A stretch of DNA of 39,360 bases, taken from a bacterium (GTDB taxonomy: Bacteria; Pseudomonadota; Gammaproteobacteria; Burkholderiales; Burkholderiaceae_C). Position numbers and translations under genes: made by a program. Positions 16,342-24,784 of the stretch are shown here, piece after piece. The stretch spans positions 1 to 39,360 of the forward strand of contig JAVBYK010000088.1 in the NCBI GenBank assembly GCA_030824095.1. The letters run 5' to 3'. Below the pieces are notes generated by a model. That model saw only the letters and a list, made by a program, of their open reading frames with translations. It did not search any database and had not been told where the DNA came from. How positions within the stretch are numbered: position 1 is the stretch's first letter; each line of letters opens with the position of its first letter.

Positions 16342-18156
16342 ATGGACCCCCTTCGCATGGACATCCTCACCCAAGCCGCCCGCGACGTGGCCGACTGCGC
16401 CCACGGCCAGGCTGGCCCCATCTACCTGCGCACCGCCACCACCCTGGGCGTGAGCGAAGGGCGCGCCAAGACCTTGGTAGCCCAGCAGGCCAAGGCCCTG
16501 GGCCTGGCCGCGCCGCGCAAGCGCCGCAGCGATGCCGGCCAGGCCGCCATGAGCGACGACGAACTGCGCCTGGTGGCCGGCACCATGCTGCACGACTACC
16601 GCCGCACCAAGGCCATGCTCACCGTGGAACAGGCCATTGAAATGCTGGCTGCCAACGGTGAGTTGGCTTGCCCCTTGAGCCCCTCACGCGTGGCCGTTCT
16701 CATGACTCAGCGCGGCCTGCACCCCAACCAGTTGCGCCGCCCCACGGCACACGCACCCATGCGCACCAGCCATATCAACGCGGTGTGGGAAATGGACTTT
16801 TCCGTGAGCGTGTTCTACCGCGCCCCAGAGGGGGAGCGCATTGCCGCCTTGCAAGAGGGCGTGCACTACAAGAACAAGGCCGAGAACCTGTTGCGCGACG
16901 TGCCCAACCTGTTGGTGCGCGCCGTGGCCACCGAACATGCCAGCGGCGCGATCATGACGCGCTACTACATGGGTGGTGAGACCGCCCAGAACGCGCTGGA
17001 CTTCCTCATGTGGTGCATGACCCAGCGCTCCGGCGCTCAGGGCCCCATGCCCTGTCATGGTGTGCCATTCAAGCTCTATACCGACCAGGGCAGCGCGTTC
17101 AAGAGCAGCCTGTTCATCAATTTTTGCGCGGCCCTGGACATCAAGCTGGATCGCCATGCCAGCGGCGCGGCGCGCTGCACCGGCCAAGTGGAGAACGCGC
17201 AGAACCTGTGGGAGCGCTACTTTGAGAGCCGCCTGCGCTTTGAGCCGGGCGAGGATATCACGGTGGAGCGCCTCAACCACATGGCCGAGGTCGCCATGCA
17301 TGCCTTCAATGGCACCAAGAAGCACGGGCGCCACCACATGCCACGGTACGAGGCCTGGAGTTTGATCCAAAGCCAGCACCTACGCCTTGCACCGCCCATG
17401 GACATACTGCGCGCCCTGCCGGCCACCGTGGCCGAGCCGCGCACTGTGGGCGGCGCGATGCGCATCAGCTTTAAGTGGCGCGACCTGGAACGGCAAGATT
17501 TCGACCTGCGTTACGTGCCCGGCGTCAACCCCGGCGACAAGGTATTGGTCACCGTCAACCCCTACGCCCTGCCAGCGGTGCGCGTTGGCGTGACGGACCG
17601 CGACACGGGCGAGATTGTCTGGCACAGCGTGGAGCCGGTGGCCAAGGGCTGGCTGGGCTATGACGCCGCTGCGCCCGACCTTGGCGCAGGCGAATTCAAA
17701 CCGCAACCCGCCACGGCCGCCGACCAGGCGCGCGCCGCCATTGACGCACAGGCCTTTTCCACCGATGGCGTACCCGCTACTCCTACCCAGGTGGAGGAGG
17801 CAAAGCGCAAGCGGGCCGCGCCCTACCTGGGCCAGATCGACCCCATGGCCGACATCAAGGCCGCTGCCGCAACCCTGCCCACCTACCTGCCCAAGCGCGG
17901 CACGGAACATGCTGCGCAGGCCGCTACGGTGGAGACGCTACGCGTGAGCGTGGCGGAGGCTTGCAAGCGCGTGCGCGCGGCCCTTGGCGATGCCTACCGG
18001 TCAGAAACCTATACCTGGTTCTCCGAGCGCTTTGGCGAGCAGGGCGTGCCCGTCGACGCCATTGCCGCCCTCATTACCCAGCAGCGCCCGCCCGAGCCAG
18101 GCGTGGAGACCGCCGAAGAAGCACCACGCCTGCGCGTGGTCGGGGGCGGCGCATGA
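16342..18156 (+). CDS. DDE transposase (MuA functional analogue, B3/BcepMu type)
   Basis: RKRRSDAG, VWEMDFS (D), LYTDQGSAF (D) and GQVENAQ (E). Confidence 0.92.
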   Translation: MDPLRMDILTQAARDVADCAHGQAGPIYLRTATTLGVSEGRAKTLVAQQAKALGLAAPRKRRSDAGQAAMSDDELRLVAGTMLHDYRRTKAMLTVEQAIEMLAANGELACPLSPSRVAVLMTQRGLHPNQLRRPTAHAPMRTSHINAVWEMDFSVSVFYRAPEGERIAALQEGVHYKNKAENLLRDVPNLLVRAVATEHASGAIMTRYYMGGETAQNALDFLMWCMTQRSGAQGPMPCHGVPFKLYTDQGSAFKSSLFINFCAALDIKLDRHASGAARCTGQVENAQNLWERYFESRLRFEPGEDITVERLNHMAEVAMHAFNGTKKHGRHHMPRYEAWSLIQSQHLRLAPPMDILRALPATVAEPRTVGGAMRISFKWRDLERQDFDLRYVPGVNPGDKVLVTVNPYALPAVRVGVTDRDTGEIVWHSVEPVAKGWLGYDAAAPDLGAGEFKPQPATAADQARAAIDAQAFSTDGVPATPTQVEEAKRKRAAPYLGQIDPMADIKAAAATLPTYLPKRGTEHAAQAATVETLRVSVAEACKRVRAALGDAYRSETYTWFSERFGEQGVPVDAIAALITQQRPPEPGVETAEEAPRLRVVGGGA

Positions 18157-19175
18157 CGGCCGTCCATAAACAGAAAGCCCCCGCCGTGCAGCAACACGGC
18201 GAGGGCAAATTCCCCACAACCCAAGCCACTCAACCCGAGAAGGAGAACGAGCCAATGTTAATTCAACCCCAATCCCTGAGCAACGCCGCCCGCCAGCAGT
18301 GGCGGCTGGCCTTCAACCCGTTTGACACTGAGCCCTCCAGCGAGGACGAGGTCTACGCCAGCGATCAATTCCACTTCGCCCGCGAGGTAGTGTGGCAGGC
18401 CATCAAGGGAGGCCGTCTCACGGCCATCGTGGGCGAAAGCGGCGCGGGCAAAACCACCATCGTCAATTCTGTGGAAGAGGAGGTGATGCGCCAGCGCCTG
18501 CCCATTCGCTTCATCCGCCCAGATGTGCAGGACATGGAAGATGGCGAAGCCCGTGGCCGCCCGCTGCGCGGCGCGGACATCCACGCCGCCATCATCCTCA
18601 CGCTGGACCCCAAGGCCGCCATAGCGCAGACCAAGGAGCGCCGCGCCCGCCAGGTGCGCCAACTGCTGGAGCGTAGCACGGAGGATGGCTACAAGCATCT
18701 GCTGGTGATCGAAGAGGGGCACGCCATACCCACGGCCACCCTCAACCAACTCAAGCGGATGCGCGAGGCCTTGAAGCTTGGCAGCCGCCCCATGCTCGGC
18801 GTGCTGGTGCTGGGCCACCAGGAGCTGGAAAAGAAGCTAAACCGCCACGACACTCGCGAGGTGATGCAGCGCACCGAGGTCATCCGCCTGCACCCGCTGG
18901 GCGCGGACCTGACCGCCTACCTGCAGCACCGCATGCAGGCCTTGCCTGCCGTGGCCGATAAGCCGCGCCAGTTGTCCGAACTCATCACACCCGAAGGCGT
19001 GGACGAACTCAAGAGCCGCCTGAGCGTGAATCTGGGCGGCAAGGGGCCGGGCAAGGCCGATGTCATCAGCACGCTGTATCCACTCAATGTTGGCAACTGG
19101 ATGGCTGCGGCACTGAATACCGCCGCCGCACTCGGCGCACCCAAGGTGGACCGGGACGTGGTGCGGGCGATTTGA
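18153..19175 (+). CDS. Transposition AAA ATPase (MuB/ExeA-like)
   Basis: GESGAGKT Walker A, LLVIEEGH Walker B, REVMQR arginine finger; alternative start 18255 after AAGGAG. Confidence 0.9.
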   Translation: MTAVHKQKAPAVQQHGEGKFPTTQATQPEKENEPMLIQPQSLSNAARQQWRLAFNPFDTEPSSEDEVYASDQFHFAREVVWQAIKGGRLTAIVGESGAGKTTIVNSVEEEVMRQRLPIRFIRPDVQDMEDGEARGRPLRGADIHAAIILTLDPKAAIAQTKERRARQVRQLLERSTEDGYKHLLVIEEGHAIPTATLNQLKRMREALKLGSRPMLGVLVLGHQELEKKLNRHDTREVMQRTEVIRLHPLGADLTAYLQHRMQALPAVADKPRQLSELITPEGVDELKSRLSVNLGGKGPGKADVISTLYPLNVGNWMAAALNTAAALGAPKVDRDVVRAI

Positions 19176-19193
19176 ACCAGAAGAGGCCACACC

Positions 19194-19340
19194 ATGCGCA
19201 ACTACCTGATCACCATCACCATGCACGACGGCAGCCGTGGGCGCTGCCGGGGTGCCTTCGCAAACGACTGGGCGGCTATCGATGCCGTCTTGGGTGCGTT
19301 CCACGACGCGGCATCCGTTGTACCGAGGAGGTTGGCATGA
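19194..19340 (+). CDS. 48-aa hypothetical protein (not in ORF track)
   Basis: MRNYLITITMHDGSRGRC...VVPRRLA*; GAGG SD; ATGA-coupled to the next gene. Confidence 0.65.
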   Translation: MRNYLITITMHDGSRGRCRGAFANDWAAIDAVLGAFHDAASVVPRRLA

Positions 19341-19822
19341 ATGCCGAATGTACCGATTTGCACCGGGGTGCAAACCGGCGCAAGCGGATCGGCAATACCT
19401 GCATAGCCATCTCGCAAAAAAACGCGCCACAGGCCTTAAATTCCTGCCCGCCAGATTTGCTGGCATTTGTGTGTTCCAACACGCTCACCAAATCAGAGGC
19501 GGCGCTCGGGCTGGACCGTGCGCAAATCAACCGATTGCGTAAGGGCTACTGGCCGCGTGATGCCAGGCGCACCCTGGCTGCGTGGGCGAACTACCGTGCC
19601 ACCCACGCCACCTGGCGGCTACGCCGGGTGCGCCCTAGCGATGCGCACGGGTCGGTCGTGCGCGATGGCACCACACTCTATAGCGCGCCATTGTTGCTGG
19701 GCCTGGCAAATCATCAGGTACTGATCGCCAAGGTCGGTGCCGTCCTGCTGTGCCAGACCATAACCAGCCTGGCCGGCTTGGCCGAACGCTTTGAACTCAC
19801 GCCCGTGGAGGTGCATCCATGA
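19337..19822 (+). CDS. Hypothetical protein, possible HTH
   Basis: GGAGG SD; ATGA coupling at both ends; AALGLDRAQINRLRKG. Confidence 0.65.
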   Translation: MNAECTDLHRGANRRKRIGNTCIAISQKNAPQALNSCPPDLLAFVCSNTLTKSEAALGLDRAQINRLRKGYWPRDARRTLAAWANYRATHATWRLRRVRPSDAHGSVVRDGTTLYSAPLLLGLANHQVLIAKVGAVLLCQTITSLAGLAERFELTPVEVHP

Positions 19823-19971
19823 AACGCCAGCACCCATTCGCCCCCGGTGTCATCGACCACCAGGCCAAGCCATCCAGCCTGTGGACCGACCTAGCCATTG
19901 CCGTCGGTCTGATCGCCATTTGCCTGGTGGCGGGCTTCGCCGCCGGCTACATCCCAAGGTGGCTGGCATGA
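19819..19971 (+). CDS. 50-aa single-TM protein (not in ORF track)
   Basis: MKRQHPFAPGVID...LAIAVGLIAICLVAGFAAGYIPRWLA*; GGAGGT SD; ATGA coupling. Confidence 0.65.
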   Translation: MKRQHPFAPGVIDHQAKPSSLWTDLAIAVGLIAICLVAGFAAGYIPRWLA

Positions 19972-20465
19972 GTGGCTACATGCGCCCATCCATCCTGTGG
20001 CACTTGTCGCGCGTTGGCGCTGCCGATGTGGCTACCCTGGCCCGAATCATCGGCCGGCCCAAGCAAGCCACGGCAACCGTTGTCCGGCGCATGCGCGGCC
20101 GGCAAGAGCTAGCCGACTGCCCCTACAGCCATGGCCGGTTCGAACTGACCGCCAAAGGCCTGGAGGCCGCCCATCGTGTACGCCCTGAAGACGTTGAAAC
20201 CGCGCAATGCGTGGAGCAACTCGTTCAGGAGACGCGCTCCAACGCCCGCGATGCCGAGGTACAGGCCTTGGCAAGCAAGCTCTGCGTGGTGGCCTTGGCG
20301 GCCAGCAGCCACGCAGTCAGTTTGGAGGCCTTGCTGCGCGCCTTCGAGGCCACGGCTGTTTCATACCCCTGCTGCACCCAGCCGTGTGCCGAGGCAGCGA
20401 TGCAGGTATCCATGCGCCTGGCAGCCGCGGCCGCTAGCCGACCAGCCGACGCACCCATCCACTGA
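19968..20465 (+). CDS. Hypothetical protein with N-terminal winged HTH
   Basis: LARIIGRPKQATATVVRRM...FELTAKG; ATGA coupling. Confidence 0.65.
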   Translation: MSGYMRPSILWHLSRVGAADVATLARIIGRPKQATATVVRRMRGRQELADCPYSHGRFELTAKGLEAAHRVRPEDVETAQCVEQLVQETRSNARDAEVQALASKLCVVALAASSHAVSLEALLRAFEATAVSYPCCTQPCAEAAMQVSMRLAAAAASRPADAPIH

Positions 20466-20498
20466 CTCTTCCCCATTCACATCCACAAAGGAGCAACC

Positions 20499-21122
20499 AT
20501 GAACCACGCAGCAAGCCCCATACCATCTGGCTACTGGCAGGATGCCACCGGCAACCTGGTGCCAGTCGCCAAGATCAAGGACATTGACAAGGACCGCAGC
20601 AGGACAGTCACCGAACTGTGCGAGCAGGCTAAAACGGAGAGCGCCCGCCTGCTGGGCTTCAAGGTCACATCCATGCAGGCCGTCAATGACTTCGTGGCTC
20701 GCAGCCTGGCCGAATATGACGTGAAGCACGGCGGTGCCAAGGGCAACGTGACCCTAGTCTCGTTTGACGGCCGTTACAAGGTGATACGCCAGATGCAGGC
20801 CACCATCACCTTTGACGAACGCCTGCAGGCCGCCAAGGCGCTGATCGACGAATGCATCCAGAGCTGGAGCAAGGGCAGCAACGCCAACATCAAGGTGTTG
20901 GTGAATGACGCCTTCCAAGTGGACGCTGCGGGGAAGATCAGCACTGGCCGCGTGCTAGGCCTGCGCCGCTTGGATATCACCGACGAGAAATGGCTGCGGG
21001 CAATGCAGGCGATCAGCGACAGCATGCGCGTTGCCAGCACCAAGCCCTACATCCGCTTCTACGAGCGCGACGAGGCCACGGGCGACTATGTATCCATCAA
21101 CCTCGACGTGGCGGCAGCATGA
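20499..21122 (+). CDS. DUF3164 family Mu-like early protein
   Basis: GY..DA.G.LVP...IK..D, KGNVTL.SFDG, FDERLQAAK.LID and YIRFYER motifs. Confidence 0.88.
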   Translation: MNHAASPIPSGYWQDATGNLVPVAKIKDIDKDRSRTVTELCEQAKTESARLLGFKVTSMQAVNDFVARSLAEYDVKHGGAKGNVTLVSFDGRYKVIRQMQATITFDERLQAAKALIDECIQSWSKGSNANIKVLVNDAFQVDAAGKISTGRVLGLRRLDITDEKWLRAMQAISDSMRVASTKPYIRFYERDEATGDYVSINLDVAAA

Positions 21123-21727
21123 AGACATACCTTTCTGGCCCGATGAGCGGCATTGAAGACAGCAATTTCCTGGCTTTCCACAAATGGGCGGCGTTGCTTC
21201 GTGCCCAAGGCCATGACGTTGTAAGTCCTGCGGAGATTCAAGAAGCCGGGACTTGGGAACTGTGCCTGCGCGCTGATTTGCGCGAGATGTGCAATTGCGA
21301 TGCGATCGCCCTCATGCCAGGGTGGGAGAACAGCAAGGGTGCGAATCTGGAGCTGCACGTGGCCCACCGCCTCGGCATGAAGGTGATCCACCTGCCACTC
21401 CAGTTTGACCTGGTTGCGCACTTGCGCCGGCAAATGGCGTTCAGCGAAAAGACATTTGGGCCGGGTTCGCGTGTGCAAGGCGTATGCGACCACATCCGCA
21501 AGGAGCTGATCGAAGTTGAGGATGAAGACGGACCGCTTGCCGAATGGGTCGACGTGATTCTCTTGGCCTTAGATGGAGCATGGCGTAGCGGTGCCACACC
21601 TGAGCAGATCGCAGCTGCAATCACGGCAAAACAGGAACGCAACGAAACGCGTGTGTGGCCAGACTGGCGAACGGCGCCAGTTGGAAAGGCTATTGAACAT
21701 GACCGCACTATGGAGACAGCGAAATGA
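21119..21727 (+). CDS. DUF4406 (NDT-like) fused to DUF550 (dATP/dGTP pyrophosphohydrolase-like)
   Basis: YLSGPMSG...LMPGWENSKGANLE, followed by TFGPG....DHIRKEL.E...EWVDV.LLALDG...WPDWR. Confidence 0.8.
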   Translation: MKTYLSGPMSGIEDSNFLAFHKWAALLRAQGHDVVSPAEIQEAGTWELCLRADLREMCNCDAIALMPGWENSKGANLELHVAHRLGMKVIHLPLQFDLVAHLRRQMAFSEKTFGPGSRVQGVCDHIRKELIEVEDEDGPLAEWVDVILLALDGAWRSGATPEQIAAAITAKQERNETRVWPDWRTAPVGKAIEHDRTMETAK

Positions 21728-21894
21728 TCAGTTTGGAGCAACTCGCAAAGCAGGCCTATCAGGCATTCCAGGAAGAATTCCGCATTGCCACCGGCGAGAC
21801 AACCGTGGCGTGGGATTCGATGTCCAGCCACACGAAAGCCGCCTGGATCGCTGCGGCCAAAAAATGCCAGGCCACCCTGGCCACGGTGCACTGA
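21724..21894 (+). CDS. 56-aa hypothetical protein (not in ORF track)
   Basis: MISLEQLAKQAYQAF...AAWIAAAK...; GGAG SD; ATGA coupling. Confidence 0.6.
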   Translation: MISLEQLAKQAYQAFQEEFRIATGETTVAWDSMSSHTKAAWIAAAKKCQATLATVH

Positions 21895-21896
21895 TC

Positions 21897-22121
21897 ATGG
21901 CACGCCCCTGCAAGCTCCAGATCAACACCTCGGGCGCTTGGCGTGACGTGCTGCGCTTCGACCTGGACGAGGTGGACGCAGAAGCGCTGCAGGCCGCCGC
22001 CGCCAACCTGGTCGTCATTGCTGACCCTGGTGGCAGGACGGGGCTGCGCATATCTGCTGGTGACACGTACCAGACCGCGCTGATCCGTTGGGATGCCAGG
22101 AAGGGCTGGGTAGACGCATGA
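21897..22121 (+). CDS. Hypothetical protein
   Basis: MARPCKLQINTSGAWRDV...; tightly packed in the operon. Confidence 0.6.
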   Translation: MARPCKLQINTSGAWRDVLRFDLDEVDAEALQAAAANLVVIADPGGRTGLRISAGDTYQTALIRWDARKGWVDA

Positions 22122-22615
22122 GCGCGCCTGCAACCCGCCAGCACCACCTGGCCGCCATCCACATGGCGCAGAAGGCCCTGCACTTGAGTAAGGAAGACGC
22201 TAGCGCGCTCAAGTTCAAGATGACCGGAAAATACAGCGCCGCCGACATGACCGCGCTGGAGCGCCGTCAGTACCTTGCCCGCCTCTCCGAGCTGCAGGCC
22301 CAGGTGGCGACCGCACGGGGTGAGAAGCCCGCCTACACGCCACAGCGGCCACCTGCGCAGCGCTCGACAGACGACGACCAGGACGAACGCTGGAGCCGCG
22401 CCCGGGCGTTGTGGGCGGATCTGGCTCGTGCCGGTGAAGTGCGGGCGGATACCGATTCCGCCCTGCAGGCCTACGCCAAGCGGCAGACCAAGGTGGATGC
22501 GTGGCGCTTCATGAACGGCCACCAGATCAACAACGTCATTGAGGCCCTGAAGCGCTGGTGCCGCCGTGTGGGCGTACCCACCGAGCCAACGGCGCCTGCA
22601 TCCACGAAGCAATAG
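22118..22615 (+). CDS. gemA: GemA/gp16 (DUF1018) regulatory protein
   Basis: IHMAQKAL, TGK.SAADMT, RALW and VIEALKRW motifs; upstream of mor. Confidence 0.85.
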   Translation: MSAPATRQHHLAAIHMAQKALHLSKEDASALKFKMTGKYSAADMTALERRQYLARLSELQAQVATARGEKPAYTPQRPPAQRSTDDDQDERWSRARALWADLARAGEVRADTDSALQAYAKRQTKVDAWRFMNGHQINNVIEALKRWCRRVGVPTEPTAPASTKQ

Positions 22616-22627
22616 GAGGACCAGCCC

Positions 22628-23062
22628 GTGATACCCGTAAACCGCATGGCCGAGCGCCCCGATCTGTGTGACCTGACCGCCGACGACATTGCGCCGCTGG
22701 AGCGCCTGTTTGATCCGCTCACACCAGAGACCTGGCGCGACTTTGCCCGCAGCCAGTACCTCACCCTGCTCACACTGTTTGCCGATAGCCAAAAAAGTGA
22801 AGACCTGGCTGAGATGGCCATGCAGTTGACCAGGGGCATCGCCTCCGACATGGGCGGCGCGCAGCCCTATATACCGGTTGGTAGCCAGATGACGATCTCC
22901 GCACGGATGCGCCGTGTGATAGATCTGTGCGCTACCGGCAAGAGCTATGCGGACGTGGCGCGCATAGTGGGTAACATCACCGAGTCTCGTGTTCGCCACA
23001 TTGAGCGTGCCTGGCGGCAAGAGCAGCGCGCCCTGCGCCAAGGAAAGCTGGATCTGGAATAG
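22628..23062 (+). CDS. mor: Mor/C-family transcription activator
   Basis: GG.QPYIP motif followed by HTH (VARIVGNITESRVRHI); follows gemA. Confidence 0.8.
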   Translation: MIPVNRMAERPDLCDLTADDIAPLERLFDPLTPETWRDFARSQYLTLLTLFADSQKSEDLAEMAMQLTRGIASDMGGAQPYIPVGSQMTISARMRRVIDLCATGKSYADVARIVGNITESRVRHIERAWRQEQRALRQGKLDLE

Positions 23063-23068
23063 TCCGCC

Positions 23069-23088
23069 CCCTCGCGCGCACGCGAGGG
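23069..23088 (+). terminator. GC-rich hairpin after mor (no U tract)
   Basis: CCCTCGCG-CGCA-CGCGAGGG. Confidence 0.4.
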
Positions 23089-23098
23089 TAGTCATCAA

Positions 23099-23118
23099 TA
23101 ACTGATGCGCATCAGTTA
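23099..23118 (+). promoter_or_regulatory. Perfect 20-bp palindrome; putative Mor/C activator site of the head-tail late promoter
   Basis: TAACTGATGCGCATCAGTTA, matching the site at 9378-9401. Confidence 0.78.
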
Positions 23119-23152
23119 GCCCCAAAGACCATGCCCGCAGAAACTTGCGGCC

Positions 23153-24295
23153 ATGGCATCCAAGACCCCTATCAAACTTGCATCTGTAGCCGCCGCAGTG
23201 GCGGTTGCAGCCTGCACCTACTCTCTGGCCGGTGCGTCCGAGGTAGATGGTGGCCTGGTCCTGCTACCGCTCACGCCGGCCGGGGAATTCCTGCCAAGCG
23301 ACGGCCGGACTCTCGACTCGCCGCCCTGGAACATTTGTGCGGCCAGCGCCCAGGCGGTCATTGATCGCTTTCGCGCACGCAATCAGCCGCCAGTCATCGA
23401 CTACGAGCATCAGACGCTCAACAAAGAAAAGAACGGCCAGCCAGCCCCGGCCGCTGGCTGGATGCGCGACCTGCTCTGGATCGACGGCAAGGGCCTCTAC
23501 GCAGTGACCGAACTCACCGCGCGTGCCAAGGGCTTCATCGAATCGAAGGAATACCTCTACATCAGCCCGGTGTTTGAGTACTCCAAGGAAACCGGAACCG
23601 TGCTGGCCATCCACATGGCTGCGCTCACCAACACACCTGCCCTGCATGGCATGGACCCGCTCACCCTACGCGCCGCTGCAACGGCCGCTTTTCTCATCCC
23701 TCCAACCCAACAGGAGCCCACCTTGAATCCATTGCTCAAAGCCGTTCTGGCAGCCCTCGGTCTGCCTGAAACCACCACCGAAGCCGCAGCAATTGCCGGC
23801 TTGGAAGCCCTTGGCCCAATCTCTGCCCTGAAAGACAAGGCAGATGCAGCCTGCACTGGCCTGGGCCTTCAGGCCGATGCATCGGCAGCCAGCGTCATTG
23901 CGGCTTGCACCAGCTTGCGTACCGCGTCTGTTGATCCAGCCAAATACGTGCCGGTTGCCGTGGTGGACGAATTGCGCACCAATATCTCTGCGCTCACCGC
24001 TCGCCAGGCACAAATCGATATTGATGCCGCAATCACCCCGGCCCTCGCTGATGGTCGCTTGCTGCCTGGCGCGCAAGAGACCTGGGCGCGCGATCTGGGC
24101 AAAACCAATCTGGCCGCGCTCACCGCCTACCTGGCCACCGCGCAACCCATTGCCGCATTGACCGCCACGCAAACCAACGGCAAGCCACCTGCAGCAGTTG
24201 CTGCTGGTGGTGCGCAGCTCAGCCCTGAGCAACTGGCGGTGTGCAGCGCCATGGGCCTGACACCCGAGACCTTCAAGGCAGGGGCCGCTGCCTGA
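23153..24295 (+). CDS. Mu gpI-like prohead protease
   Basis: IDYEHQT, PAPAAGW, EYLYISPVF and AALTNTPAL motifs. Confidence 0.92.
   Translation: MASKTPIKLASVAAAVAVAACTYSLAGASEVDGGLVLLPLTPAGEFLPSDGRTLDSPPWNICAASAQAVIDRFRARNQPPVIDYEHQTLNKEKNGQPAPAAGWMRDLLWIDGKGLYAVTELTARAKGFIESKEYLYISPVFEYSKETGTVLAIHMAALTNTPALHGMDPLTLRAAATAAFLIPPTQQEPTLNPLLKAVLAALGLPETTTEAAAIAGLEALGPISALKDKADAACTGLGLQADASAASVIAACTSLRTASVDPAKYVPVAVVDELRTNISALTARQAQIDIDAAITPALADGRLLPGAQETWARDLGKTNLAALTAYLATAQPIAALTATQTNGKPPAAVAAGGAQLSPEQLAVCSAMGLTPETFKAGAAA
23723..24295 (+). CDS. Putative scaffold (Mu gpZ-like) from an in-frame internal start
   Basis: AGGAG SD followed by in-frame TTG (MNPLLKAVLAALGL...), as in the Mu I/Z arrangement. 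Confidence 0.6.
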   Translation: MNPLLKAVLAALGLPETTTEAAAIAGLEALGPISALKDKADAACTGLGLQADASAASVIAACTSLRTASVDPAKYVPVAVVDELRTNISALTARQAQIDIDAAITPALADGRLLPGAQETWARDLGKTNLAALTAYLATAQPIAALTATQTNGKPPAAVAAGGAQLSPEQLAVCSAMGLTPETFKAGAAA

Positions 24296-24334
24296 CGGCG
24301 GCGCTTCCTCACATCAACCACCCAGGAGCTATTC

Positions 24335-24745
24335 ATGACTGCACTCACCCAAGACCGCAACACGCTTCGCCGCGAAGGGCTGGCAATGGAGCCGCCCGTT
24401 GCGGCCGCCACCAAGATTTACGGTGGCTCCATCGTGGCCATCAATGCCGCTGGCTATGCCGTGCCTGGTGCCACTGCAACCACGCTCAAGTCCGCAGGTG
24501 TTGCGGAGCATCGCGCCGACAACTCGGCCGGTGCTGCGGGTGACATCCGTGTGCGCGTCCGCAAAGGACCGCATGTGTTTGCCAACAGCGCAGCTGCCGA
24601 TGCCATCGCGCTGACCGACATCGGAGCTGACTGCTACATCGTTGACGACCAGACGGTGGCCAAGACCAACGGCACCAACACGCGCAGCGTGGCCGGCAAG
24701 GTGTTTGACGTGGATGCCGGCGGCGTCTGGGTCAATTTTCTGTAA
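24335..24745 (+). CDS. Putative head decoration/cement protein
   Basis: Small Ala/Gly-rich beta protein between protease and capsid (YIVDDQTV, GVWV). Confidence 0.7.
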   Translation: MTALTQDRNTLRREGLAMEPPVAAATKIYGGSIVAINAAGYAVPGATATTLKSAGVAEHRADNSAGAAGDIRVRVRKGPHVFANSAAADAIALTDIGADCYIVDDQTVAKTNGTNTRSVAGKVFDVDAGGVWVNFL

Positions 24746-24784
24746 CGCGTTCAGGCGCACCCATTTTCCAAACAGGAGATCCAC

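Noticed and set aside
21728-23125. Long antisense ORFs (465 aa here; also 7238..8398, 24329..25498, 27632..28651 and others)
   Set aside because: They are antisense shadows of well-supported genes in GC-rich DNA.
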